From Dehalococcoidia bacterium (lineage in GTDB: Bacteria > Chloroflexota > Dehalococcoidia > Lucifugimonadales > Australimonadaceae), in assembly GCA_965220225.1 (NCBI GenBank), contig OZ244813.1:1955385-2019384 (forward strand): a stretch of DNA of 64,000 nucleotides. Reading direction: 5' to 3'. Shown here piece by piece: positions 54,563 to 64,000 of this stretch. The number at the start of each line of letters is the position of its first letter. Position 1 is the first letter of the stretch. A model generated the notes under the pieces. It made no database searches and was not told the origin of the DNA. It was given only the letters and a program-made list of their open reading frames with translations. The translations under genes and the position numbers were made by a program.

Positions 54563-55849
54563 ATGCTTTCCCAGGAAGACAACGACCTGCTTACGCGGAC
54601 GGGGCCCGGGACACCCGCAGGGAACCTGCTTCGGCGGTATTGGCAGCCGGTGGCGTTGTCGGAGGAGTTGACCGAGGATGGGCCGCCCCTGGTGGTGCGA
54701 GTCATGGGCGAAGACCTCGCGCTCTTCCGCGACGAGTTCGGGCGCCTTGGCCTGCTCGGTCTTCGATGCCCTCACCGAGGGACCGACCTGAGCTACGGGC
54801 GGATCGAGGACGGCGGTCTCCGCTGCGTCTACCACGGGTGGCTGTTCGACATCCACGGCAACTGCCTCGATCAGCCAGGCGAACCCGAGTGGAGCCGGTT
54901 CGCGGACAAGGTACGGCACCGCTCATATCCGTGCATCCAGCGAGGCGGGCTGGTCTTCGCCTACATGGGGCCGGGAGAACCTCCCGAACTGCCGGACTAC
55001 GAATGCCTGGGCCTTCCCGAGGAGAACGTTCTCGTCACCAAGTTCTACCACGAGTGCAACTACCTGCACGGGCACGAGGGGAACATCGACCCACAGCACC
55101 TTGCCACGCTTCACTACGTGCTCCCCGATGAGGTGGCCGACGCTGGCGTGCGATGGGACGCGAAGGGTATCGACGTGGCGCCCCGGATCGAGGTGGAGGA
55201 GACGGACTACGGTATCCGCATCTACTCGGGACGCGACCTCGACGATGACCACGACTACGTGCGCATCACCAACTACGTTTACCCGGCCGCTGTCGCGTTC
55301 CCTGCCTTGCGTCCGCCGGACATAACCGGCGCGCCTATCGGAACGGCGGTCGGTGCAGGCTTCTACGGCGTCAACTGGCAGGTGCCGATAGACGACACCC
55401 ACCACTGGAAGTACATGCTGCTTGTATCGCCGAACGGTCCGCTTGCGAAGGAGCGCATCGGGCCGGTTATCCTCGCCGACATGGGCCCGGGCTATGCCCA
55501 CGTACGCGACCGCTCCAACCGTTACCTCCAGGACCGTGCCGAGATGAAGCGGACGACGTTTCTCGGTATGGGCGCCAGTTTCGCATTGCAGGACAAGTTC
55601 GCTGTCGAAGCACAGGGCGACATCCAGGACAGGACAGTCGAGCACCTGGGCTACGCCGACAAGCCCGTAGCTCTCTCGCGGCGCCTGCTGCTCCGGGCCA
55701 TCCGGGAAGTGGAGGAGGGCGGCGAGGCGCCCCACGTCGTGCGGGACCCTGCGCAGAACCGGATGGAACACCTGCGCGTCTATGAGGCGGTCATCCCCAA
55801 GACCGAGGAGTGGAACTCCATCTGGCAACGCGACGCTGCGGCAGGCTGA
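54563..55849 (+). CDS. Rieske oxygenase, alpha-subunit-like; paralogue of 53164-54405
   Basis: CPHRGTDLSYG...CVYHGWLFD. The N-terminus MLSQEDNDLLTRTGPGTPAGNLLRRYWQPVA parallels the divergent neighbour. Confidence 0.85.
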   Translation: MLSQEDNDLLTRTGPGTPAGNLLRRYWQPVALSEELTEDGPPLVVRVMGEDLALFRDEFGRLGLLGLRCPHRGTDLSYGRIEDGGLRCVYHGWLFDIHGNCLDQPGEPEWSRFADKVRHRSYPCIQRGGLVFAYMGPGEPPELPDYECLGLPEENVLVTKFYHECNYLHGHEGNIDPQHLATLHYVLPDEVADAGVRWDAKGIDVAPRIEVEETDYGIRIYSGRDLDDDHDYVRITNYVYPAAVAFPALRPPDITGAPIGTAVGAGFYGVNWQVPIDDTHHWKYMLLVSPNGPLAKERIGPVILADMGPGYAHVRDRSNRYLQDRAEMKRTTFLGMGASFALQDKFAVEAQGDIQDRTVEHLGYADKPVALSRRLLLRAIREVEEGGEAPHVVRDPAQNRMEHLRVYEAVIPKTEEWNSIWQRDAAAG

Positions 55850-55905
55850 CCGGACTGCTAGAATCCGCCGCGCCAGCAGGCGAGATTCGACCGGGAGTGG
55901 AGTGT

Positions 55906-56658
55906 ATGGCGATAGCGTCGCCGGAACAGTTCGAGAGCCAGATGGCGCGTCTCATCTGGGAGGTTCGTTGGAAGGAGCACAACTCCTTCGATATCTGGCT
56001 GCAGAACCACATGTGCCGTGAGGGGGCCGCCGTCTTCGCGCTGGAGCACACAGTCTTTGCCGACGAGTTTCCCCGCTGGTTCGGCAGCATCATCGGCAAT
56101 TGCCCTGCGCTCGACGTCCGTCAATACATGATCGAGAACATGTACGTCGAGGAAGTGACCGACCCAACGATCGAAACCGGTCACTATGAGAGCATGGTGG
56201 ACTTCTCGGTAGCACTTGGCTTCCAGCGGGACTACGTCTATGCCTACAAGGGACGCCCGTACACGAAGATGGCGCTGGCGTACTGGGAGCGTGCAAGCCG
56301 GGCATGGCCGTGGCTGGAGGCATTCGCGACGGTCGCCGGGCTGGAAGCGGCGCGTGGCCCGGCGGTAGCAAGGCTTGGCAACATCGCATCGCTGAACCGC
56401 AAGGTGTGGGAACCCCTTGGACTGCCGGACGAGGCACTCTCCCATTGGTCGGCGGGGGAGAAAGCGGACTTCCCTGAAGGCGGACACGGAGACATGACGC
56501 TCAAGATACTGGCGAAGTACGCAGACGACGCCCCCAAGCAAGCGATGGTGCTGGACCTGCTCCGCGAGACGATGCAGATACGCTGGTTCCACTTCGACCA
56601 GATTGGCCGTGACGCGCTCATCGCGTCCGGCGTCGACCCTGCCAGCGTGAGGCGGTAA
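55906..56658 (+). CDS. Haem-oxygenase-like / TenA-PqqC-like iron-containing redox protein
   Basis: All-helical, with HxxxE-type patterns (ALEHTVFADEF, ENMYVEEV). The assignment is tentative. Confidence 0.5.
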   Translation: MAIASPEQFESQMARLIWEVRWKEHNSFDIWLQNHMCREGAAVFALEHTVFADEFPRWFGSIIGNCPALDVRQYMIENMYVEEVTDPTIETGHYESMVDFSVALGFQRDYVYAYKGRPYTKMALAYWERASRAWPWLEAFATVAGLEAARGPAVARLGNIASLNRKVWEPLGLPDEALSHWSAGEKADFPEGGHGDMTLKILAKYADDAPKQAMVLDLLRETMQIRWFHFDQIGRDALIASGVDPASVRR

Positions 56659-56663
56659 CCGCA

Positions 56664-57401
56664 GTGGCGGGAGACCGTCCGCGCGGCGCCATCGTCACGG
56701 GGGGTGCAGCCGGTATAGGGCTGGGCATCGTCCAGCGCCTCCTCGATGACGGGATGAACGTCCTCGCAGCCGACCGCAACCCCGAGGCATGCGATGCTGC
56801 GCGCCGCCTGCTCGAGGGGCGCCCGGTGCACGTGATGACGGCGGATGTGTCCGTTGAGGAACAGGTCCGCGAGGTCATGGACGAGGCGCTCGTGCACTTC
56901 GGACGCATCGATCTCCTCTGCAACAACGCCGGCGTGCGGCACATCGCTCCGCTCGCTGACATTCCTCTCGCCGATTGGCGTGAGTCCTTCAGGGTGAACG
57001 TCGATGCTGTGCTGATGACCGCCCGCGCGGCGCTGCCCGCGATGCGGGAACAGGGAGGCGGCGCCATCGTCAACATCGGTTCCATCAGTGGCGTCGCTCC
57101 CTACGCAGAGGGTGGTGCATACGCGGCCTCCAAGGCGGCGCTCACGATGCTGACCAAGGTGCTGTCGATGGAGTTCGGCCCGCTGGGTATCCGTGTGAAC
57201 TGCATCGCGCCCGGGTCGATCGAGCGGGAAGGCAGCGGCACGCTCTCTTCCTCTCACATCCCCATCGGGCGGGCTGGTGCGCCTCATGACGTGGCGTCGC
57301 TCGTCTCGTATCTCGCCTCGGACGAGGCGTCATATCTCAACGGCGCGGTCATCGTACTGGATGGCGGCGCGACGGCAGGCCGGACGAGGCCCGAACGCTG
57401 A
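56664..57401 (+). CDS. Short-chain dehydrogenase/reductase (SDR)
   Basis: VTGGAAGIGLGI and the catalytic YAASKAAL. GTG start. Confidence 0.9.
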   Translation: MAGDRPRGAIVTGGAAGIGLGIVQRLLDDGMNVLAADRNPEACDAARRLLEGRPVHVMTADVSVEEQVREVMDEALVHFGRIDLLCNNAGVRHIAPLADIPLADWRESFRVNVDAVLMTARAALPAMREQGGGAIVNIGSISGVAPYAEGGAYAASKAALTMLTKVLSMEFGPLGIRVNCIAPGSIEREGSGTLSSSHIPIGRAGAPHDVASLVSYLASDEASYLNGAVIVLDGGATAGRTRPER

Positions 57402-57402
57402 G

Positions 57403-58056
57403 ATGTTGAACGTCGACGGCAAGCAGATACCCGAAACACTCGATGAGTTGGTCGATCCGTCATGGACGTGCCTGCTCATCCACGACGTACAGAACGACTA
57501 CTGCGCGCCAGGAGGGAAGCTCTTCTCGAAGTTCGAGGAGTCACTCGCAGTCTCCACGAGGAGAACCGTGGAGCGCATAGCGATGCTGGCACAGGCCGCC
57601 CGCAGCGCGGGCGTGCGCGTCATCTACACGAGGGCAAGCCATCTTCCGGACGCCTCGGACGAGTCGCCCGTACACCTGAGGCACCTGCTCGCCAATCAGC
57701 AGCGGGGGGCCGAACCGAACGTCGTACTGGGAAGCTGGGGGCACGCGGTTGTGGACGAGCTTGCACCTCAACCGGGCGACCTCGAGATCGACAAGTACGC
57801 TTTCAGCGCGTTTCAGGGTACGCCGCTGGACAAGCTCCTGCGGTCGTTCTCCGCACGAACGCTCGTGCTGACCGGCGTCGCCAGCCACTCCGGGATACTC
57901 ACGACCGCCCGGTTCGCGCTCACGCTCGACTACTTCACCGCGATCCCCCGGGAGTGCGTAGCGGGCATGAACCGTGCGCAGCACGAGGCAGCCATGACCC
58001 TGCTGGCGCCTGACCTCGTATCGGTCGACGACGTCCTCGCCGTGTGGAGCGGATAG
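57403..58056 (+). CDS. Isochorismatase-family hydrolase
   Basis: LLIHDVQNDYC and KYAFSAFQGTPLDKLLR...LVLTGVAS. Confidence 0.75.
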   Translation: MLNVDGKQIPETLDELVDPSWTCLLIHDVQNDYCAPGGKLFSKFEESLAVSTRRTVERIAMLAQAARSAGVRVIYTRASHLPDASDESPVHLRHLLANQQRGAEPNVVLGSWGHAVVDELAPQPGDLEIDKYAFSAFQGTPLDKLLRSFSARTLVLTGVASHSGILTTARFALTLDYFTAIPRECVAGMNRAQHEAAMTLLAPDLVSVDDVLAVWSG

Positions 58057-60131
58057 CCGTTCTCGTGGCGTGCGTCGTTGGCATAGACGTTGGGGGCACG
58101 TTCACCGACTGCGTGGTCGTGGACGATGCGGGACGCGTCTGGATGGACAAGGCCTTCACGACACCGTCCAACTTGACCGAGGGCATCGTTGCGGCGCTTG
58201 CAAACGTCTGCGACCGCCTCGGTATGGATGTCGATGCCGTCCTTTCGGATGCGAGCGTGTTTGCGCTGGGCACGACGAGTCTCATCAACCGGGTCGTATC
58301 GAGGCGTGGGGCCAGGGTGGGGTTCATCACCACGCAGGGCCACGAGGACGCGGTGCGGATAGGCCGGGTGCTCTCGCGCTCGGAGGGGCTGCCCGAGCAG
58401 TTGCACTACGACGTGGCAGCCTGGAACAAGCCCGAGCCCTTGTTCGTGGAGGGCGGTGTGCGCGGCATCGCCGAGCGCGTTGACGCCGCGGGCGCTGTCG
58501 TCGCTCCGCTCGACGAGCCGGGACTGCTGCAGGCGATCGCTGAGCTACGCGATAAGGGTGTGGACTCCATCGCAGTGATGTTCCTCTGGTCATTCCTCAA
58601 CCCCCTGCACGAGCTGCAGGCGCGGGAGCTCATCGAGCGCGCGGCGCCCGGTCTGCCGGTGAACATATCGAGTGACATCGCGCCGACTCTCGGCGAGTTC
58701 GAGCGCGCGAACACGACGCTGATGAATGCCTATCTCGCCCCGGGCGCCGAGAGGGACTTCGCCGAGATCGATGGACGGCTGCGTGAGCGCGGCCTGCGCC
58801 AGCCGCTGCTGCTTATGCAGTCCAACGGGGGACTGGCTGCCAGCGAGGAATTGCGGCGCAGACCGGTTACGGGCCTGGCGGCGGGCCCGGTCGGGGGCGT
58901 CGTGGGTGTGCAGCGTCTCGCCGCAGCCCTCGGCGTGCAGAACGCTATCTGCACGGACATGGGCGGCACGAGCTTCGACGTCGGCCTCATCGTGGACGGC
59001 CAGCCCCGCTTCTCCGGCGAGAGCGTTGTCGAGCGTCACCGGCTCCGCGTTCCTACCGTTGAAGTGACGTCGATAGGGGCGGGGGGCGGCAGCATCGCCT
59101 CAGTGGATGAGTTCGGAGAGTTGCACGTTGGCCCCCAGAGTGCGGGTTCCACGCCCGGCCCCGTCTGCTACGGCGCAGGAGGCGCAGAACCGACCGTCAC
59201 GGATGCGAACGTCGTCCTTGGCCGGATCGGCCCTGAGTCATTCTGGAGCGGAAGGCGTACGCTGGACAGGGAAGCGGCCTTGGCCGCGATCGCGGAGCAT
59301 GTTGCGCGCCCACTGGGCATGGACCCGGTGCGCGCCGCGCTTGGCATCGTCGAAATCGTCGATGCCCGCATGGCCGACCTGCTGCGCACCATGACCATCT
59401 CGACGGGATACGACCCTCGAGAGTTCACTCTCTTCGCGTACGGAGGGGCCGGCCCTGTCCATGTAGGGGCGTACGCACGCCAGCTGGGAGTCTCGAAGGT
59501 CTACGTGCCGCTCTATGCACCGGTGCAGTCGGCGTTCGGCATCGCTACCGGAGAGTTCCGGCGGCATCAGACCCGGGCAGTGCCGATGCGAGAGCCGTAC
59601 CAGACCGAGGACATACGGGAGACCTGTGCCGCGATGGAGGCAGCGATGCGTACGGACTGGGAAGCCGCCGCCCTCGATCCGGACGCTGTGGGTTTCCAGC
59701 GCTTCGTTGACATGAGGTTCCGCCACCAGGTCCACGAGATACGAGTACCGCTTTCGGCGGAGGACACAGCCGAGCGCCTCGTCGAACGGTTCTTCGCAAG
59801 CTATGAGCAGGCGTTCGGCAGAGGAAGCGCGGTCGCGGGGTCGCCGACAGAGATCGTGACCTTCCATCTCGTCTCGACCCTGCCCGCCGCTGTTCACAGC
59901 CTGACACACAGTGCAGACACTGCGACCGGTGCGCCTGCGGCCGCGTCGACCCGCAACGTCTACTTCGACGAGCAGCCCACCGTGACCCCCGTGTTCGCGC
60001 TGGCCGACCTGGGACCCGGGGCGAGGATGGAGGGCCCGCTCATAGTCGAATCGCCGAACACAACCGTCGTCGTGCACGCAGGGCAAACAGTTGAGGTCGA
60101 CGGATACTCCAACCTCGGTATAACAGTGTAG
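58044..60131 (+). CDS. Hydantoinase/oxoprolinase A-type subunit
   Basis: IGIDVGGTFTDCVVVD N-terminus. Length 695 aa. Confidence 0.85.
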   Translation: MERIAVLVACVVGIDVGGTFTDCVVVDDAGRVWMDKAFTTPSNLTEGIVAALANVCDRLGMDVDAVLSDASVFALGTTSLINRVVSRRGARVGFITTQGHEDAVRIGRVLSRSEGLPEQLHYDVAAWNKPEPLFVEGGVRGIAERVDAAGAVVAPLDEPGLLQAIAELRDKGVDSIAVMFLWSFLNPLHELQARELIERAAPGLPVNISSDIAPTLGEFERANTTLMNAYLAPGAERDFAEIDGRLRERGLRQPLLLMQSNGGLAASEELRRRPVTGLAAGPVGGVVGVQRLAAALGVQNAICTDMGGTSFDVGLIVDGQPRFSGESVVERHRLRVPTVEVTSIGAGGGSIASVDEFGELHVGPQSAGSTPGPVCYGAGGAEPTVTDANVVLGRIGPESFWSGRRTLDREAALAAIAEHVARPLGMDPVRAALGIVEIVDARMADLLRTMTISTGYDPREFTLFAYGGAGPVHVGAYARQLGVSKVYVPLYAPVQSAFGIATGEFRRHQTRAVPMREPYQTEDIRETCAAMEAAMRTDWEAAALDPDAVGFQRFVDMRFRHQVHEIRVPLSAEDTAERLVERFFASYEQAFGRGSAVAGSPTEIVTFHLVSTLPAAVHSLTHSADTATGAPAAASTRNVYFDEQPTVTPVFALADLGPGARMEGPLIVESPNTTVVVHAGQTVEVDGYSNLGITV

Positions 60132-60141
60132 GAGGAGCGGC

Positions 60142-62199
60142 ATGACTTCACTCGACCCGGTTACGTTCGAGATCCTCCGGCACCGCCTGGTCACCATCGT
60201 GAACGAGGGGGCCATTTCGCTCCGGAACGTGTCCGGATCGCCGACCGTCGCACTGTCGAACGACTGTAACGTTGCCCTGCTGAACGACAGGGGCGAGGCC
60301 GTCGTTGTCGGTCCCACCATAGTGACGCACGCTCTCGCCTGCAGCTACGCCTGCAACTACGTGGACGAGCACTGTGCGGCGAACCCCGGCATCAATCCCG
60401 GCGATATGTTCTTCACCAACGACCCCTACGTTGCCACGCCGCACCAGACGTGCACGGTCGTGGTCGCACCCATGTTCGCAGGTGAGACGCGGCTCGGATG
60501 GACGGGCGCGGGCATCCACGTGGCCGACGCCGGTGGCTCGACGCCGGGGCAGGTCTCGCTGGGTGCGCAGTCGGTCTGGGACGAGGGTCTGCCCATGCCT
60601 CCGGTGCGGATGGTGGAGGGTGGTGTCCTCCGCAGCGATATCGAAGCCGACTGGCTGCGCCGCTCGCGGACGGCTGCCCAGAATGCCATAGACCTGCGGG
60701 CCAAGATTGCGGCGAACACGGTGATGCAGCAGCGTGTCATGGAATTGGCCGACCGGTACGGACCGGACACGGTGGCTGCCACGATGGAGCGCATCATCGA
60801 TTCGGTCGAGGCGCGGCTGCGCGGCATCCTCCGTGACATCCCCGATGGCTCATGGTCGGAGGAGACCTACCTGGACTATTTCGACCGCGGGCAGGTCGAG
60901 ATATACGCATGCCGGTTGACGCTCACTAAGCAGGGCGACTCGCTCGTGTTCGACTTCTCCGGCTCCTCGCGGCAGGCGCCGGGGGTGATCAATGTCACGC
61001 GCCCCGCTCTGGAGGGGTATGTGGTGCGGGCGGTCATGGCCACGTTCGGCTACGCGGTACCACTCTGCCCGGCTGGCGTGGCGCGTGTCTGCGACGTGCG
61101 GGCGGAACGTGGCTCGTTCGTCGACTGCGACTGGCCGGCAGGGGTCTGCAAGGGGACGACGTCAGGTACGTACGCGGTCTTCCATGCAGTTACCAGTTGC
61201 ATCAGTCGGATGCTTGCCGACGGCGGGATGCCGGACCGCGCCATCACGACGTGGCGCTCGCACATGCCGCTGTTCGATTTCGCCGCGTTCGACGCCCAGG
61301 GCAACCGGTTCGCAGGCGTGTTCACGGACTGCGGACTCGGGCAGGGCAGCGGCGCTCGGGGCGCCCAGGACGGTATCGACACTGGCTCGGGAAGCGAACC
61401 CGAGGTCACGGTGCCGAACGTCGAGACGAACGAATTGCGCTACCCGTGGCTCTACCTGTTCAGGAGGCAGGGCCGCGATTCGGCTGGCGCCGGTATGCGA
61501 CGGGGCGGCGTTGGCATCGAGGTCGGACTCACACCGCACGGCGTCGACGAGATAGGTTCGCTCGTCTTTCACAGCCATGGACTGGACTGCCCGAGCAGCC
61601 CGCCCTTCGACGGCGGGTACCCGGGCAGCGCCAACGTTCTGCGGGTGTTCAGACAGGCAGGCGCCGCTACCCCGGATCTTGCCTTGGCAGCCGATGCCGA
61701 GACCCCGCCGTCCTTCGGGCGCACGGCATTGCGGGACGGAGACGTGCTGTATTGCAGCGGGGCGGGAGGCAGCGGATGGGGCGACCCCTTGGAGAGACCG
61801 GCATCAGCAGTCGCTGCGGAGGTGGAGTCGGGCTTGTTGTCGGCCGCCGCCGCGGCGCAGCTCTATGGCGTGGTGCTCGACTCCGGTGAGAGCGTGGACG
61901 AGGCCTCTACCAACGAGCGCCGCGCCGGGATGCGGCGGCAGCGCTTGGAGGCAGCCGATGCCGATCCTGAAGTGACGCGGGCCATAGGCGCTCTGCCTCA
62001 GACCTGTCCCCGCTGCAGCGAGAGCCTTGCAAGAGGCGTCAAGGTCATCGAGGTGGACTGGACTGATCTGGGTGCGCCCTATGCCCCGTTCACCGGCACA
62101 GGGTTCCGCCTGCTTGCGGGCGTCTGCCGGGCATGCGGCGCCTTCGTTGCGTCGCGCAACTACTTGCCTCCGGAGCTTGCCGTACCGGCGCCGGGCTAG
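60142..62199 (+). CDS. Hydantoinase B/oxoprolinase-type subunit with C-terminal CxxC...CxxC tail
   Basis: LDPVTFEILRHRL start typical of Hydantoinase_B. Tail CPRCSE...CRACGAF. Confidence 0.85.
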   Translation: MTSLDPVTFEILRHRLVTIVNEGAISLRNVSGSPTVALSNDCNVALLNDRGEAVVVGPTIVTHALACSYACNYVDEHCAANPGINPGDMFFTNDPYVATPHQTCTVVVAPMFAGETRLGWTGAGIHVADAGGSTPGQVSLGAQSVWDEGLPMPPVRMVEGGVLRSDIEADWLRRSRTAAQNAIDLRAKIAANTVMQQRVMELADRYGPDTVAATMERIIDSVEARLRGILRDIPDGSWSEETYLDYFDRGQVEIYACRLTLTKQGDSLVFDFSGSSRQAPGVINVTRPALEGYVVRAVMATFGYAVPLCPAGVARVCDVRAERGSFVDCDWPAGVCKGTTSGTYAVFHAVTSCISRMLADGGMPDRAITTWRSHMPLFDFAAFDAQGNRFAGVFTDCGLGQGSGARGAQDGIDTGSGSEPEVTVPNVETNELRYPWLYLFRRQGRDSAGAGMRRGGVGIEVGLTPHGVDEIGSLVFHSHGLDCPSSPPFDGGYPGSANVLRVFRQAGAATPDLALAADAETPPSFGRTALRDGDVLYCSGAGGSGWGDPLERPASAVAAEVESGLLSAAAAAQLYGVVLDSGESVDEASTNERRAGMRRQRLEAADADPEVTRAIGALPQTCPRCSESLARGVKVIEVDWTDLGAPYAPFTGTGFRLLAGVCRACGAFVASRNYLPPELAVPAPG

Positions 62200-63239
62200 A
62201 CGTGGACGATCTTCATGTTGGCGACGTCCGGCGTTGTGACGCCGAGGTCGTTCCAGCTGTCCCCGCCGTCGTCGCTCGTGAAGAGGCGGCCTGAGCGGGT
62301 GGCCAGGAAGACGCGCCCCGGCGTCTGGGGGTCGACGGCTATCGCTTCCGGGAACCCTCGCGCCGCCTCTTCGCCAGCGTTCAACTCGTGCCAGGTCTGA
62401 CCGGCGTCGCGCGAACGGATGAGGTTCGCTTCGGCGCCTGACTCGCGGGCACGCCACTGGCCGGGATTGCCGTTCGCCACCGCCGAGTACATGACAGACG
62501 GATCGGCCGGGTCGTAGGCGAAGGCGACCGAGTACTCGTTCTGGAACTCCAGTGCGATGGGCAGCCAGTTGTCCCCGCCGTCGAGGCTCCGGTAGAGGCT
62601 GCGCCCGGACGCCTTGCCGGACCGCATCCCCTCGCCCCCGCTCGATATGTAGATGTGGCTGGTGTCGCGGGGGTCGGTGATGATGGCGTGTACGTCCTCG
62701 TCGAGTCCGTTGTCGAGGAGTCGCCACGTTGTACCGCCGTCCGTGGTCTTGAGCATGTACCCCACCTGCAGGGCGGCGTAGATGGTGTTGGGGTCGTGGG
62801 AGTCGACAGTGATGTCGCGCACGTGAGGCTCGACGATGGGGACGGGGTAGCCTATGCTGGCGACCGTCGGGAAGTTGCGGAGAGACTCGATCTCCGTCCA
62901 CGTCGCTCCGCCGTCGGCGCTCTTCCACATGCTGATGGGCTCGCAACCCGCGTAGACCGTCTGGGGGTCATGCGGGTCGACGGTGACGCAGCGCACCTTC
63001 CCGGGCGCGACCCTGCCGTAAGAAGGCTTCGACCAGTGCGCGCCCGCGTCCTCGCTGCACCAGACGCCATCGCCGCGGGTGCCGGCAAGCACACGCCTGG
63101 GGTTATCCGGCGACGGTTCGACCTCCGTCACCTCCCAGCCCTTGAGGTCGTGGCTGGCGATGGCCCACCCCCCGCCATCCTCTGCAACCGTTAGTACTCC
63201 GTTGCGTGTTCCCAGGTAGAGGACTGTTCCCATGATCAT
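62196..63239 (-). CDS. BNR/Asp-box repeat beta-propeller protein
   Basis: Repeated SxDxGxTW-type boxes (DAGAHW, DGGATW, DGGTTW, DGGDNW, DAGQTW, DGGDSW). Confidence 0.75.
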   Translation of the reverse strand: MIMGTVLYLGTRNGVLTVAEDGGGWAIASHDLKGWEVTEVEPSPDNPRRVLAGTRGDGVWCSEDAGAHWSKPSYGRVAPGKVRCVTVDPHDPQTVYAGCEPISMWKSADGGATWTEIESLRNFPTVASIGYPVPIVEPHVRDITVDSHDPNTIYAALQVGYMLKTTDGGTTWRLLDNGLDEDVHAIITDPRDTSHIYISSGGEGMRSGKASGRSLYRSLDGGDNWLPIALEFQNEYSVAFAYDPADPSVMYSAVANGNPGQWRARESGAEANLIRSRDAGQTWHELNAGEEAARGFPEAIAVDPQTPGRVFLATRSGRLFTSDDGGDSWNDLGVTTPDVANMKIVHV

Positions 63240-63469
63240 TCCTCCTCATTCGTTCGGTGCGAGCGTACCGGAAAAGCCTGAGCTGCGCTATACGCCCCCG
63301 TCCGTGCGACTCGACGCAGGCAAGTTGCCTGCCCTATAGCGGGAATGTACACTCGCGCTGCTCCCAGCAGGCCACGCTGTGTGGCTCGGTGCAGATTCGT
63401 CCGTGCGGTAACCGTGAAGCCGTCAGCAGTAGGCGCGTAAGGCCTGCAACGAGCGGAAGGAGGATGCGT

Positions 63470-64000
63470 ATGGCCGAGATACTAGGGCTGGGAACGACTG
63501 ACTACCCCCGACTGCGTTCGCCCGATCCCCAGATGACTGGCCCGTTCAAGGGGAACCTCAACGGCTCACACCTGCCGGAGGAGAGGAAAGACCCCAGGAA
63601 CTGGCCGGCAGAGATGCAGGCCGAATGGGGCGACGACGAGGGACTTGCGTGTGGCCAGGGGGCGCGGGCCAACCAGATCGAGCAGTTCACGAAACTGCGC
63701 GCGGAACTGGACGCGTTCAATCCGGACTTCATCCTGGTGTGGTCGAAGGACAGCAGGGAGAGCCTGCGCAACTTCTGCGTGCCGCAGTTCTGGATCCAGG
63801 CGCAGGACGTTACGCACGCCAAGATATTCCAGGGCCCCGGCGGCCGTGATGCCGGGGAGACCTTCTTCGGCCAGGACTTCGACCGCGAGGTTGACGTTCC
63901 CGGCCATCCGGAGGGAGCCCGGTACCTGATGAGAGGGCTCCAGCAGGCGGGGTTCGACCCCGCGTACTCGACCGAGATCATGCACCCCACGGGACTCGCG
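63470..64000 (+). CDS. Partial CDS running off the window end; possibly LigB-type extradiol dioxygenase-like
   Basis: Hand translation from the ATG at 63470 (GGAAGGAGG upstream) is open to the window end: MAEILGLGTTDYPRLRSP.... It is not in the ORF track because no stop is reached. The family call is weak. Confidence 0.45.
   Translation, partial: MAEILGLGTTDYPRLRSPDPQMTGPFKGNLNGSHLPEERKDPRNWPAEMQAEWGDDEGLACGQGARANQIEQFTKLRAELDAFNPDFILVWSKDSRESLRNFCVPQFWIQAQDVTHAKIFQGPGGRDAGETFFGQDFDREVDVPGHPEGARYLMRGLQQAGFDPAYSTEIMHPTGLA

Noticed and set aside
1-64000. A cas gene, reverse transcriptase, TnpB/IscB-like gene or tRNA gene that might explain the array or the integration site
   Set aside because: I scanned all listed ORFs for RuvC/HNH, Cas1 and RT motifs, and the DNA for tRNA T-arm motifs (GGTTCGAATCC-like). 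None was found. By-eye scanning cannot exclude small or highly divergent genes, so a profile-HMM and tRNAscan run is still needed.

Overview
High-GC (roughly 63-65% by eye) bacterial window, phylum not determinable from sequence alone; Thr/Pro-rich lipoprotein linkers and many Rieske, hydantoinase and SDR genes would fit Chloroflexota or Actinomycetota. It has three parts. (1) 1-6.3 kb holds a decayed IS1380-type transposase remnant and secreted or lipoprotein genes, including an 839-aa lipoprotein with an HExxH motif and about ten plant-type 24-residue leucine-rich repeats. (2) About 7-41.2 kb is an integrative conjugative element (ICE). One arm, all on the minus strand, is an establishment/anti-defence-like block: DUF2958, a PRTRC-type ThiF(E1)/JAB/ubiquitin-like cassette, SNF2 helicase, four small zinc-ribbon proteins, N6-adenine methyltransferase, RadC, SSB, Rad52-like annealase and a CHC2-Toprim primase. 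The plus-strand arm is a Gram-positive-style T4SS: TrbL/VirB6-like, two VirB2-like pilins, PrgI/VirB3-like, VirB4, coupling protein and a Replic_Relax relaxase. It continues with HTH regulators, a toxin-antitoxin-like pair, a decayed hsdM 3' fragment, a 14-repeat CRISPR array with no cas gene anywhere in the window, an RHH protein and a large serine recombinase. (3) 41.3-64 kb is chromosomal: a lipid-type tailoring and export cluster with a solute-binding protein, FAD oxidoreductase, LprG-like lipoprotein plus MFS pump, MMPL/RND transporter, three Rieske oxygenases, an ERG6/SMT-like C-methyltransferase, a GPP34-cytochrome P450 fusion, a haem-oxygenase-like protein and an SDR. This is followed by isochorismatase, hydantoinase A/B, a BNR propeller and a truncated last gene. 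The most interesting signal is the cas-less CRISPR array carried as ICE cargo. Its repeat looks type II-C-like, and it holds two pairs of related spacers whose differences fall only at every third nucleotide; one pair is in opposite orientation with identical boundaries. All family names are from motif recognition by eye; no database search was run.
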